Shown here piece after piece: positions 49,198 to 61,635 of a stretch of 64,000 bases of DNA. The translations under genes were made by a program, and so were the position numbers. A model generated the notes under the pieces. It saw only the letters and a program-made list of their open reading frames with translations. It was not told the origin of the DNA and did not search any database. Position 1 is the first letter of the stretch; every line of letters starts with the position of its first letter. The DNA is from Torpedo marmorata. Lineage: Eukaryota. The stretch is taken from contig OZ360221.1 of the NCBI GenBank assembly GCA_977017645.1, forward strand, positions 120,962,001-121,026,000. Reading direction: 5' to 3'.

Positions 49198-50500
49198 ACA
49201 GGGATACAGGTGCATAATTCCCTGAAAGTGACAATTCAGGTGGACAGGGTGGTGAAGATGCATTTGAGTACAAAAGTTTGGATCTCATGATACAACTGCA
49301 CAATGCACTGGTGAGCACACTGACAAGAATACCGTGTGCAGATCTGGTCGCCCAATTATAGGAAGGATACAAGTTGGAAGGGGTGCTGCTGAGAGAGGGC
49401 TTGAGGACAAGAGAGTTCCTTTCTTTTTTTCCTTTTATTGATTAACATACTGGAAATACTTTAACTTTTGCCTGCCGTAAGGCAGACAAAGAGTCGCCAT
49501 TAGTGTTGCCTGGCACCCCTTAGAGAAAGAGAAGCAAAAGGGAGTCCCTTCAGAGTCACTGAGTGTCCGTGGATTCACCGCCAGTGCTCCTGCATCCTCT
49601 GCAGCCACACAGACCCTTATTCGATTCATCAGCAACCAGAGCTCCAGATCCAAACCTCCAATATAATCAGGAAGCCTTCAGCGTCCGAGGCCCTTCAGGA
49701 GCGTTTCTTGCTCTCAACACCCTCTCGAATCCCAGCTCCAATACCTGGTTTCCATAGTCAGTGTTCAGCAGCCCGCAGCCTACGCAGGTCCCCCGACCAC
49801 AAGTCGCCAACAGTCCGCAGCCCATGCGGGTCCCTCAGACGCTGAGCCCTTCGCTGGGCTGCTGCCGTGGTCACCGTCCTGAAGGGTTGTCTCCTCTGCT
49901 TCTCCTTTTAATGAAGGGTGTTCTCCCCATTTCTGGTGCCCTGTGCTGCTTTGCTGCTCCCCCAGAGTCTGCAACCCTTCGAGGCCACTGCTGAGCACAG
50001 GCGCTGTCATCTTGGGCACAGACCTCACGGTTCCAGGATATTACTTACAAACACCATCGGCTCCTTTAACAGGCTGTTAAAAGCCTGTACGGTACTGTCG
50101 GCATTAGGACCACGCGGTTGAAACCTTCAGAGCAGCACTGTGTGTCCGTTCTCCACTCTCCCAGATAGACTGAGTTTTTACTCCCTAGAGTAGGAGGCTG
50201 AGGGTGACCTTATCAAGGTTTATAAAATCATGAGAGGCACACATAACATGAAAGCTCACCATCTTTTCCCCAGGATTGATGATTCAAGAACAAGAGGGTG
50301 CAGGTTTAATATGAGAGGAGAGATTTAAGAGGGACCTGAGGAGCAACTTTTTCCACTCAGTGGGTGGTCTGTATTTAGAATGAGCTACCAAAGGAAACTA
50401 TAGAAGTCAGTACAATTTCAACGTTCAAAAGGCATTTGGACAGAATAGTAAAGCATAGAAGGATATGGATTAAATGCAGGCAAATAGGACTAGCAAGAAT
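49198..50500 (+). mobile_element. Degenerate CR1 3' fragment interrupted by an unclassified element
   Basis: CR1-type TGGTCGCCCAATTATAGGAAGGATA before and GGTGACCTTATCAAGGTTTATAAAATCATGAG after the insert. Confidence 0.7.
49416..50160 (-). mobile_element. Unclassified ~750-bp GC-rich non-coding insertion, possibly a non-autonomous retroposon
   Basis: Interrupts CR1; the minus-strand 3' end has a CTGCC-TTAC-GGCAG stem-loop, AATAAA and an A-rich tail. Confidence 0.45.
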
Positions 50501-51044
50501 ATTGTGTCAGTTTTGAGGTTTTAATATTAAAATATACTTTTCGTCCAGGAACTCAAGGTTGTGCTGGTGCACAGAAGGTGATGCGTAAATGTGATTATCA
50601 ATGTCTAGCTTTTTTGATAAATGTATGTCAAGATATGGAAAGTGGCTCACATTTTCCTAGATTTTGTCACACACCTTTATCAACGCTGACAGAATTTACA
50701 CAATAGGGCATGTTGGTTGAGGACCTACGTTTGAATAAGTGCAATGCCTTTCCTCTTTCAAAGCTTCAGTAAATGAATTGACAGTAACTTGAGGCTTTTC
50801 ACTTTTAACTTTACATATACATACTGGAGCTCAATGACGGGCAGTGGGGTGACCAGTTCTGGAGCAGAAGAAAACACAGGCTGAAAAAGCTCCTATTTGC
50901 CCTGTAAATGAGCTCTGCAGTGAAACGCTTGTTGGAGGCAAGATGGAGTCCTGCAGTGAGAAAGGTTGAAAAAGAGTGTTGTAGCACTGACACAAAATTC
51001 TGGGCTTGTCCCATTTGCCTTCATTTGATCCACATCCTCTAAAC

Positions 51045-51175
51045 CAGGGGTGGGCAACCTTTTTTTTAAAACTCACATTCCACCTTAAGTATTCCCTATG
51101 CCATAAGTGCTCTGTGATTGGTAAGGGATTGCTTAAGGCGGTATGTGAGTGGGAAGGGAAGGTTGAGAACCACTG
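51045..51175. mobile_element. 131-bp hAT-Charlie-type MITE
   Basis: TIRs CAGGGGTGGGCAACC / CAGTGGTTCTCAACC; TSD CTCTAAAC/TTCTAGAC (NTCTAGAN-type); internal foldback ACTCACATTCCACCTTAAG..CTTAAGGCGGTATGTGAGT. Confidence 0.82.
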
Positions 51176-51839
51176 TTCTAGACCCAATTGTTACTGAAAT
51201 ATTTCTGGCTCGTGGGCCAGAAGGGCCTGTTTCTGTGCTGTATATCTAAAAAAAAGTTATCCACAATCCCTCATATTAGCTGATTATCTATTTGTGAGAG
51301 CTTGAGCTCACTGACAAGACTTTACTTCTGAGGCTGGGTTTGCAGGAAAGATCTTATGTAAAAGTCAATACTTCAATTCTTTTGTGAATTCAAATATATG
51401 CATGGAATAAAAAGTGCGTGACTGAGCATTGTAACCCTGACTTGATGGAGGTGGAAACTTGAGAATGCATGCTCTTTGCACTCAGAATGGAAAAAGCAGA
51501 TTACAATGGACACAAGACTCTCAGACTCCTTCTGTATCTGAATCAGACCTTTCCTGCACTTCACAAATGATCTTGCATTCTTAAGATCCTGCCTATGCAA
51601 TTTTCATTGTATTGTCTGTGCCAAGAAATATTAAAAGGACTGTAAAACATTTCTGGGTGGTGCATTAGGCTCACATGTTGACCTTTCTCTTCTAAAACCT
51701 GCCTTTAAGTGATGGTGTAAATGAGATAAAAATGTAATGGATTTGGACACGGTTTCATTGCTTTTGGTCTGAAAAGTAAAACTAACAAATTACATCAAAT
51801 TAAGTGTGATCTCAGAAAGGAAAAATCACAATGCAATAT

Positions 51840-53300
51840 GGTGACAAAAATTTGGGTGGAATTGTGAGTTGTAAAGAGAGTGGAAAAAGCTTTAACCCCA
51901 CTTGGACAAGATTACTGAATAAATAGAGCATAACATGGATAAATATGAATTTGTCTTTTTCAATCACAAAAAAAAAGCAGAGTATTGATTAAATGGTAAG
52001 AGATTTTGAAATGCTGATGCACATAATGATCTTTGTGTTCCTGTACATCAGTCACTAATAGTAAACATGCAGGTGTAGCAAGCAGTTAAGAAGACAAATG
52101 GTAATGTTTGCCTCACTGAAGGAGGTTTTGAGTTCAGAAGCAAGGATGTCTTACTACAGTTATATTGGGACTTCACTTTGAGCTCTTTGGCCAAAGAGGA
52201 AATGCAATGAAGACCATCATATGAGGAAGGGTCTGCATTTATTTCTTCATCTTCAAGGCAACCCTTTAAGATTAATAATGACCCATTTCTAGCATTTAAG
52301 ATCATGGGCCTCATGTTCAAAATCTGAAAGATGCAAGACCACTACCAACTTGATCATTTTGCACCAGCACAGCCTTTGGTCAATTGAGGAAAAAGGGGGT
52401 TTTCAAAATCAAGATTTTTTATCTTGCACAAGGTCAACAAAGAGCAGTGATACCTACCTTCTTCTTTGCTTCTGAAAACAGGACTATCCAAAGAAGGCAC
52501 CTAAAGGAACTGGAAAACTACCATTGAGGCTACTTTTATGACAGAGATGAACAGAGATGCGGAGGAATTTCTTCAGCCAGAGGATAGTAAATCTGTGGAA
52601 TTTGTTGCCACAGGTGGTTGTGGAGGCCTGATCATTGGGTGTAGTTAAGACAGAGATTGATAGGTTCTTGATTAGCCAGTGCACCAAAGGATATGGGGAG
52701 AAGGCTGGGCTGTGGGGCTGTGGGAAAATGAATCAGCTCATGATTAAATGAGGGAGCAGACTCGATGGGCTGAAGAGCCTATTTCTGTTCCTATGTTTCA
52801 TGGTCTTATGGTCTATGAAATTCTCTAAATTCATTGAAAGGATAAGCAAGTCAACATTAGTGACTTCTCCCAGACCAATGTCTCCAGCCCTAGCTACACT
52901 CAGTTAACTACAGTGGTCAGACCATTCTGTATTTACTAGAGTTAAGAAAAATGAAAGGAGCTCTCTCTGAAACAAATAAAATTATAATAGGGTTGATGTA
53001 GGGAGGGTTTTTCCTCTTCCTGGGAAGGTCCAGATAAAGGTACAATTTTTTGTACTAGTTACAAGAAATTTATTCTCTCAAATGGAAATTAGACTCTGGC
53101 ATTCTCTACCACAGTAGACTGCAGAAACTAAATAGCTGAATATATGCGAGAAGGAGCTTAATAAGTTTGTCGACACAAAAGGGATATGGGGTGCGAGTGA
53201 AAATTTGATATTGGAATAGAGGATTAGCTATGATTTCATGGAATGGCCGAAGAAGCTCAAAGGGCTGAATGGCCTACTGCTCCCACTTTTCTGGTTTTAT
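51840..53300 (+). mobile_element. Several degenerate CR1 3' fragments
   Basis: NMQV.QAVKKTNG, TEMRRNFFSQRIVNLWNLLPQ, and two CR1 3' UTR ends (GGGCTGAA..GCCTA). Confidence 0.7.
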
Positions 53301-53379
53301 GAAGCACTGGTTGAGTAAAAACATGACATCAGCAGCAAGCTTGGCATTCAATTGTCTATTCCAGAAAAGATGACATCAG

Positions 53380-53550
53380 CAAGAAATGGAGTGAAACAAG
53401 TCTGCAGATGCTGTGATTGTACTCAACACACAGAAGTGCTGGAGAAACACAGCAGGTCCTGCAGTGTCCATAGGAGGCAAAGATATATAACCAACATCTC
53501 GGGACTGAGCCCTTCGTTGAGGTACGAGCAAAAAACAGGCAGGCGCCATT
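53380..53550 (-). mobile_element. Penelope-like terminal repeat fragment
   Basis: Similar to 46645-46800 (TCTGCAGATGCTGTGATTG...GCTGGAGAAAC.CAGCAGGTC...GAGCCCTTC). Confidence 0.6.
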
Positions 53551-53559
53551 CTATTTAGG

Positions 53560-54990
53560 TGAGAAAATAGGAGCAGGAGTAGGCCATCCTTTCCTGTGTA
53601 ATTTCTCCATATTTATCTATCTATCAAATATTTATCCACCTCCTCTTCAAATATTTCTCCTGATTCAGGTTCCACCACCTGCCGGAACAGAGAATTCCAG
53701 AGATTCACCACCCTCTCCAAGATGAAATTTCTACAATCCTCAGCCTTAAATTCTTGTAGTTATGCCTCCTTGTTTAAGACACTCTCATTGGTGAAAACCT
53801 TCCAGCATCTAACTTGTCAAGCCCCTTTAGGATGTTTGATTAATGCCACCCCTCATTCTTCTAAACTCCACTAAACACAAGCCCAAACTATTCACTCTTT
53901 CTTGGTAGGACAGCTCTCTAATCCCAGGAATTAGCTTTATGGACCACCTTTCTACTGCCTCCAATGTTACGATATATATTTTTTAGGTAAGGGAACCAAA
54001 ACTGTACACTGTATTTCAGACGAGGCCTCACTAACACCTTGTATAATTGCAGCCAAACCTCTCTATTTTTAAACTCCAAACACTGCAATGAAGCCAAAGT
54101 GCCAATTGCCGCCATAACCACTCGTTGAACCTGTCTGATTGCTTTTTGTGATTCATGCACTCGAATACCAAGATCCCTCTGTATTTCACTCACTTGCAGT
54201 CTTTTTCCATTTATATAATAATCTGCCTTTTGATTTCTCTTACCGAAGTGCATGACCTCACACTCCCCACATTAAACACCATTTGCCAGTCTTTGGGCTC
54301 CTCATTCAATCTATTTATATCCCATTGCAAAATTTGTGTCATTATCACAACATCCCCTTCCACATTTCTTCGTATCATTGGCAAATATGGAAACCTTAAA
54401 TACTGTTCCTGCAAAGTAAGTTACCTCCTTTAAGTGTGAAAAGAACCCATTTATTCCAACTCTTTTCTGAGACTGCCAGTTTTCAATCCATTCTAACACA
54501 CTTTCTCTGAAACAGTTGGCTTTTAATTTATCCATCAACTTATCCACCAATCTCTTATCAGCCACCTTGTCAAATACCTTATTGAAATTTAAGTACACGA
54601 TATCTACAGGTTCCCCTCTGTCAACTCTCCCTGTTACACACACAAAGAATACACTAATTAATCAAAAAATGATTTACCTTTCATAAAACTTTGTTGACTT
54701 AATTTAATTATATTATTTCTTCAATGATTAACTATTTCCTTTTTGATTTATTGACTAATAATAGTTGTAAAATAACAGCTGTTAAACTAACTGGCCTGCA
54801 GTTCCCTGCCTTCCACCTTCTTCCTTGTTTGAACAAGGGAGCTACATTGGCTGCTTTCCAATCTTCCCATACCCTCCCAAAGTTTAGCAAGGTATGAACA
54901 TTTTCAGCCAATGCATCCACTATCCCTGCAGCCACTTCCTTTAAAGCCCCAGTGTGCAGTTCATTGTGTGCTGGAGATTTGTTTGGCACC
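53560..54990 (-). mobile_element. Degenerate CR1 RT and 3' end
   Basis: WKAANVAPLFKQG..GNCRPVSLT, VDIVYLNFNKVFDKV, LVRPRLKYSVQFW. Confidence 0.85.
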
Positions 54991-55106
54991 AGTTCGATCC
55001 CGAGAGTACTGGAGTAGAGAGTTACAATGCGTACTGCACTTAAGAATTATCCTGAAATCAGTGTTTAAGTTGTTAGAATAGGTCCTGAAAGCGAGGCAAA
55101 CACTAT

Positions 55107-56750
55107 AGACGGCTGTGATGCTTCACTACCCGATGAGTTGAACACCTTCTATGCCCGCTTTGAGAAGAACAAAACAGTGCCTACTAGAATCCCTGAAAAG
55201 GCTGAGGACCCTGTGATATCTGTCTCTGAGGGCGACATCAGAACATCATTCAAGAGGATGAACCCTCGCAAGGCGTCAGGCCCTGACGGCATACCTGGCA
55301 GGGTATTGAAAATCTGCGCCAACCAACTAGCCAGAGTGTTCACGGGCATTTTCAACCTCTCATTGCGGAAGTCAGAGGTTCCCACCTGCTTAAAAAGGGC
55401 ATCAATCATCCCAAGAAGAGTAGTGTGGGCTGCCTCAACGACTACCGCCCAGTAGCACTAACTTTTACTGTGATGAAATGCTTTGAGAGGCTGGTCATGG
55501 CCAGAATTAACACATACCTAAGCAAAGATCTGGACCCACTGCAATTCGCCTATCGTCACAATCGCTCCACAGCAGATGCAATATCGCTGGATCTCCACTC
55601 AACTCTGGATCACCTCGAAAACAGCAATTCATACATACGGCTGCTCTTCATCGACTACAGCTCGGCCTTCAATACCATTATTCCCTCAGTGCTGGTCAAG
55701 AAGTTACAAACTCTAGGCCTCTGTACTCCACTTTGCAACTGGATCCTTGACTTTCTCATCGGAAGACCACAGTCAGTACAAATTGGAAACAACGTCTCCT
55801 CCTCACTGATTATCAACACAGGCGCACCCCAAGGATGCGTGCTTAGTCCACTGCTCTATTCGTTATACACCCATGACTGTGTGGCCAGGCACAATTCCAA
55901 TGCCATCTACAAGTTTGCCGATGACACCACAGTTGTCGGCAGAATCACAAACGGCAATGAGGAAGCGTACAGGAGGGAGATAGATCAGCTCGTTGAATGG
56001 TGTAACGACAACAACCTTGAGCTCAACGTCAGCAAAACCAAGGAGATGATTGTGGACTTCAGGAGGAAGTCAGGGGAACACGACCCAGTCCTCATCGAGG
56101 GCTCAGTAGTGGAGAGGGTCAAAAACTTCAAATTCCTGGGTGTCAACATCTCCGAGGATCTGTCCTGGAGCCTCTACGTTGATGCAATCACAAAGAAGGC
56201 TCGCCAGCGGCTATACTTTGTGAGGAGTCTGAGGAGATTCGGTATGTCACCGAAGACTCTCGTAAACTTCTACAGGTGTACCGTGGAGAGAATTCTGGCT
56301 GGTTGCATCACTGCCTGGTATGGAGGCACCAACTCTCAGGACAAGAATAAACTCCAGAGGGTTGTCAACTTGGCCTGTGACATCACAGGCACCAGACTTC
56401 ACTCCATCGAGGACATCTACACGAGGCGGTGTCTTAAAAAAGCAGCCTCTATCCTCAAAGACCCCCACCACCCAGGCCATGCCCTCTTCACTCTGCTACC
56501 ATCGGGAAAAAGGTACAGGAGCCTAAAGACGAGCACTCAACGGCACAAGGACAGCTTCTTCGCCTCCGCTGCCATCAGATTCCTGAATAATCAATGATCC
56601 AAAGACACTGCTTTACTTTTCGTGCACTATTATTATTTTTTTTTTATAGTAATGTCGTAAGATGGTTATAATATGAATGTTTGCACTATGATGCTGCCGC
56701 AAAACACCGAATTTCATGACTTGTTCATAACAATAAATTCTGATTCTGAT
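55107..56750 (+). mobile_element. Rex1/Babar LINE, 5'-truncated, with a 390-aa uninterrupted RT ORF (55425-56597)
   Basis: [50 protein letters not shown]; (TTCTGA)n tail. Confidence 0.93.
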
Positions 56751-57095
56751 TATCCAACAATGCTACCTCTGAGCTACCGCTAATACCATTTAGTAATTTA
56801 ATAGTTATTTGGTCTAATCTTATGATATCTAACTTGTCATCAGTCACAATAACATTTTGGAGACCAAGTTGGCAAAACAAAGGCATTTATATGCAAAGCA
56901 GGGAATACATGGAATCTCAAAGCAGAAAATACAGTCTAAAAAAAACCATGCTGAATTTCTACTGCTCACATTTGAATGTACCATCAATGCTGGAAAAACT
57001 AAACACTGGCAATTCAGCAATATACCACAGCATGAAATACACTGGTTTTCTACAAAGACAGGGAGTTGGAGTGAAATTGGTCACAGTTGTGGACA

Positions 57096-57618
57096 ATTCA
57101 AAGTTCAAATTTATTGCCAGAATACAGACATGACATCACAAACAACTCTGAGATTCTTTTTCCTGCGGGCCAGGCAGAATGCAAAAAACTGTACTCAAGA
57201 AAAGATACGTATACAAAAGAGAGAAATGTAAACAAAAAAAGTGGAAATAAACTTATTTTGCAATACAGAAAATAAATATTCAATAATAAATAATGTGCAA
57301 TGTAAGTCCTAAAATGAGTCTCTGATTGAGTTTGTTGCTTAGGAGTCTGATGGTGGAGGGGTAGCAGCTGTTCCTGAACCGGTGGTACAAGTCTTGTGGC
57401 ACCTATACCTCTTTCCTGATGGCAGCAGCGAGAACAGAGCATGTCCTGGATGGTGTGAATCCTTGATGATTGCTGCTGCTCTCCGATGGCAGCGTTCCCT
57501 GTAGATGTTCTCGATGGTGGGGAGAGTTTTGCATGTGATATATTGGGCTGTGTCCACTACCTTTGCAGGGCTTTCCGCTCAGAGGTACTGGTGCCCCCAA
57601 ACCAGGCCGTGATGCAGA
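57096..57618 (-). mobile_element. Rex1/Babar 3' fragment (family of 6063-7095)
   Basis: [46 protein letters not shown]; similar 3' UTR. Confidence 0.85.
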
Positions 57619-58572
57619 CATTTCCCAGTAAGTAGCTTCTAAAAAACAGGGCAGTTCTGTAACTTTGAACCTGACTTTGCTCAAAAATTTGGGAAGTGGA
57701 TTTGGCCAACTGAGAAACCTTACTCAGAAAAGACAGGTTTTTATTTCCCTTGTCAATCCTTCTCTCAGAGTCATAGATGGTAACCAACAGCTTGAACAAA
57801 CTATGGAAATTAGGCCCAATTTTGGTTCAGCCTCAGGCCTCCCACTTGGAATGAACACTGCTTGCTCTATTCATATTCTATTGAGAGTTTTATTCTGCAG
57901 AGAAATGCTGGAGCCGATTGTGTTGGCCTTTGTTCCCTCTCCTGGAAATACTGTCCATATTCCTATTCACCTGCAGTAACACGAGTTGAACACTGGGGGC
58001 ACATACAAGCTGAATGCAGTGGGTGCACATCACCATCCTTCGTAATCCAAAGCCCAGCAACATGGTCCGGAGACAACACCCAAGCCTTGGCCTCAGAGAG
58101 GCATTTCCAAAGGCTGTCATTTTGACAACTTTTGAAAGCAGGCAAAGCTGGGAGCAGAGGATGTCACTTAGTTTTATTTTTAAGTTTTAAATATCTTAGG
58201 CATTCAAAAACATCTCATGTAAATTTCAACTACTTAAAAGCATTTAATATAAATGAAAAATAATGAAATAATGAAACACAAAAATTATACATACAAATCA
58301 TTAAAAGAAATCAAAATAATCTTGGAGTGTTTGCCTCCCAAATCTTTGCCTGTAAATCCCATTGAAACCAACTGGGCCACAGATTCTCTGCCCACAGCAA
58401 GACTTGGCTCTGCTCCTGGACTCTATTTGGACAGTGCAAATTGCCAAGTTCAGCCTTGTAAAACTGTAAGTTCTGGATTTCTACGTTTTACAGTGCACAT
58501 GCCAATATCTGGACTTACTGCAATTTCCCACTGAATTCCAGTGGTTCTGAAAATAATCTGGGCCTATACAAT

Positions 58573-59521
58573 TGTTGTGTGTGGGGGAGGCTCCTTGCCT
58601 ATTGCTAGTGGTCACGTGGCCTCCCCGCCTGAAACTCATTCGGAAGTCACACCACCTGTCAGTACATGGTGTACTTTTTGTTCCGCTCAGTTACAAAATT
58701 ATAGACAAAGTTACAAATTGCAGGTGGAATGCCAGTTAAGAGTGGGCTCAGACCACTGGTCAGTGCACACCTTGCCATTGGCTGGTTCAAAACACTCAGC
58801 GTCCTTATTGGCTAGAGCCCTGTATTTAGCACCAGCACAGAGGACACTCTCTCTCTCTGCCTTGTGGTGATAGCCCCGGACACTGCTCCATGCCAGGTCG
58901 CTACCAGACGTCGCTTGGAAGTGTCGCGGGTAAAATGCACTCTGCACTGAAGCTGAGCCGTGGTATTGCTATAGCTCAAATGACTATAGATCAATACTGG
59001 CAGTAGAGCCGCCGCTCTCAACTGATCAGGGGTCCGAGAGCGTGAGTATACCCCTGTGGGTACAGTGGTACCAGATCCACCTCTCAACTGATCAGGGATC
59101 CGAGAGTGTGAGTATACCCCTGTGGGTACAGTGGTACCAGATCCACCTCTCAACTGATCAGGGGTCCGAGAGCGTGAGTATACCCCTGTGGGTACAGTGG
59201 TACCAGATCCACCTTCCCTTATTCAGGGATCCGGGAGGTTGTGCATAACCCCTGCTTATAGGATGTGCATTAAAAATTGTGTACTGTTTGACGTTCTCCC
59301 CCGTTTGTTTCCCGTTATGGTCTGTTCCCACACTCCCTTATAAATTGTGTGTGCGTATGTTCCCACACTCCCTTATAAATTGTGTGTGCGTATGTTCCCA
59401 CGCTCCCTTATAAATTCTCTCTTATTAATTGTGTTAATAAAGTTACATTTGATTGCAAACCCTTGTGTCCAGACTCGTCTCTCTTTGAACCCACTGAACC
59501 TGACACTTTCTCAACAAAACA
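58573..59521 (+). repeat. 5' LTR (~950 bp) of an endogenous retrovirus, containing 3x66-bp (59015-59212) and ~2.7x35-bp (59323-59416) tandem repeats
   Basis: TGTTGTG...CAAAACA termini, AATAAA at 59436, PBS immediately after. The start is inferred because no 3' LTR is in the window. Confidence 0.72.
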
Positions 59522-59523
59522 AT

Positions 59524-59541
59524 TGGCGCTGCGAGCAGGGT
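59524..59541 (+). promoter_or_regulatory. tRNA-Ser primer-binding site
   Basis: TGGCGCTGCGAGCAGGGT, complementary to the 3' end of vertebrate tRNA-Ser(TGA/CGA) as I recall it, 2 nt after the LTR CA. Confidence 0.8.
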
Positions 59542-59579
59542 TCAAGGAGTTATGACTGGACACACGTGGAGCATTAACC

Positions 59580-61635
59580 ATGTTGGAGTGGGAGAATGGT
59601 TTAACTGTACGAGAGATTGTATTGATTACTGTGTGTGTGGGTGTCCTGTCAGGTGCATGGTTTATTGTGTACCTGCTCACTAACAAGGGTAGCAGCAGGC
59701 GACCCACAAATAGGAAAGGGACCCTGGGGTCAGAGTATAAAATCCCCGGGTGGACCGATGACCGTCAGGGGTCAGCCGTTTGGCGGTGTGGCTGGTAAGC
59801 CACGCCCCGCCAGTTGATTGGGTCGACAGGTTGGACCCCCACGGGCAGAAGATAGGGCACCAAGTGGTCTCTCTTCTGGAGGAATTGGAGTTTCCTGGGA
59901 CCAGGGAGAGTAGTGGGCTAGCTCTGTGGCTACTAATATCTCTACTGAGGCACCAGTCGGATATCACGGCAGAATTAAGCCGGCAGTGTGCTCAGCACAC
60001 TGAACAGGTAGGATCCATGAACATCGAGCGCGGGTCCATGCGGGATGCACTGGACACTGCTAGGACATGCAAACACAGCATGGAAGCGAAATACATCGAA
60101 GCTACCTGCGAGCTGATCAAAGCGCGGCAGCTTCAGGCAGCCCGTCGATCTGGCTGGCAGGTCAACCCGGTTAAGGTCAGGAGGAGAGTGATGCATGGTC
60201 GGGGGATTGGGATGTGTGGTTGGAAAATAATGACTTCGCAGAGGCTGAATCCAATTACGCACGCCCCCCACCCACCCCCCCCTTACGTTCCGGAGACATT
60301 GCAAGCCCAGCCGGTGACCACACGGTCCCAGCACCACCTTGAGGCTCAGCAAAATGAGGAGAGTGCCAGGAACGGTGAGAGTCCGAGCGGACGGGAGAGG
60401 GGCCGGTGCGAGGTCATAGAGAGGGAGTACTCCGCCAAGGAATTGGCTGCGCTGGTGGAGAGATACCGCCAGCGGTCAGGTGAGCATCTGGCCGCCTGGC
60501 TACTCCGGTTGTGGGATGAGAGGGGCCCCCACGTCCGCCTTTCCCACCTAGAGGCTAGTACTTTGGGTAGCCTGTCCACACAGCACTCCAATAACTCCCT
60601 GCGGGTGCATCCTGAAGGGATCATGGAGGAAAGCACACTGTGGGACCGGGTAGTAGCTGCGGTGCGGGCTAGGTTTCCCACGCTGTTAGAGTGGGACCTG
60701 ACGTGCCGACCGCAGTGGCATACCGTTAGCGAGGGCACGTGTGTCATTAGGGAATGGGCCCTTATCACCGACCTCTATGGCGGGGCTCCCGGGAGCAACA
60801 TTTCCGAGGACGTCAGGGTAACCCCCACCTTGGCTGGGCACCTAGTCACCACCGTCCGTCCCGACCTCAGAGGGGTGGTCTTCCCTTTGATGGGAACAGC
60901 AAGCGACAGGACGGTTCGTGAAGCCATTGCCCTGCTGGAAGGGCTGGAATACTTAGAACGGGGAACACCCACAAATGGGGTCCCCACACAGGTTCTCTGG
61001 GCGGAGACAAAATATGGGGAAAATAGGAGCAGCGAGGTCCGTAAGGATTTGTACTGTGCCCTAGTACGTGCGGGAGTGGATCATGCCCGTTTAAATAATA
61101 TTCCCACCACCGCCATGTTCGCTATGTGGCAGGAATACTGTGAATATAACCCACGAAAACTCGCACCGCCCACCACGCAGCCTTCTGCTCCTTCCCCACC
61201 TGAGGTGGCCTCTGCCGCGCTCAGGACTGAGATAATCTCCCTGGTGCAACAGGAGCTGTCCAACAAAGGCACCCTGTCGCACCAGACCACCCCCGCTGTC
61301 TGGAACAATGCAGTCCCTGCCCCATAAGATAGAGGCCAGGCGCCCCGGCGGATCCGCTTAGAGGTCCTGTCCCACCCCCGTGCCCCGAGGCCATTTATTC
61401 CAGTGGCCGTCCACTGGGAAAAGGGAAATACCCAGCGCTGGATGGCGCTGGTCGACACAGGGGCAGTCCATACTATTATCCCCGGAAATCCCGCGGGGTG
61501 GAGGGGTCCCAAAGTCAATATAGAGGGGCGAGGGGATTCTATCCTCTCTGCCAGAAAGGTCATCCTCCGCCTTTCTATTAGGAACGAGCCTCCCCGCGCC
61601 GTCCCGGCCCTGGTAGCTGCCTCCCCTGACTGCAT
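59580..61635 (+). mobile_element. Class III (ERV-L/ERV-S-like) endogenous retrovirus gag-pro, interrupted or truncated by CR1
   Basis: Gag YSAKELAALVERYRQRSGEHLAAWLLRLWDERG..LS..E...LGSLS resembles the ERV-L/Fv1 capsid motif; protease VHWEKGNTQRWMALVDTGAVHTIIPG lies in frame after TAA at 61325. Confidence 0.8.

Noticed and set aside
57620-58560. Several 60-105-aa ORFs
   Set aside because: No motif, splice structure or repeat family recognised.
59015-59212. Regular repeats suggesting a CRISPR-like array
   Set aside because: Contiguous tandem units with no unique spacers, inside a retroviral LTR in eukaryotic DNA.
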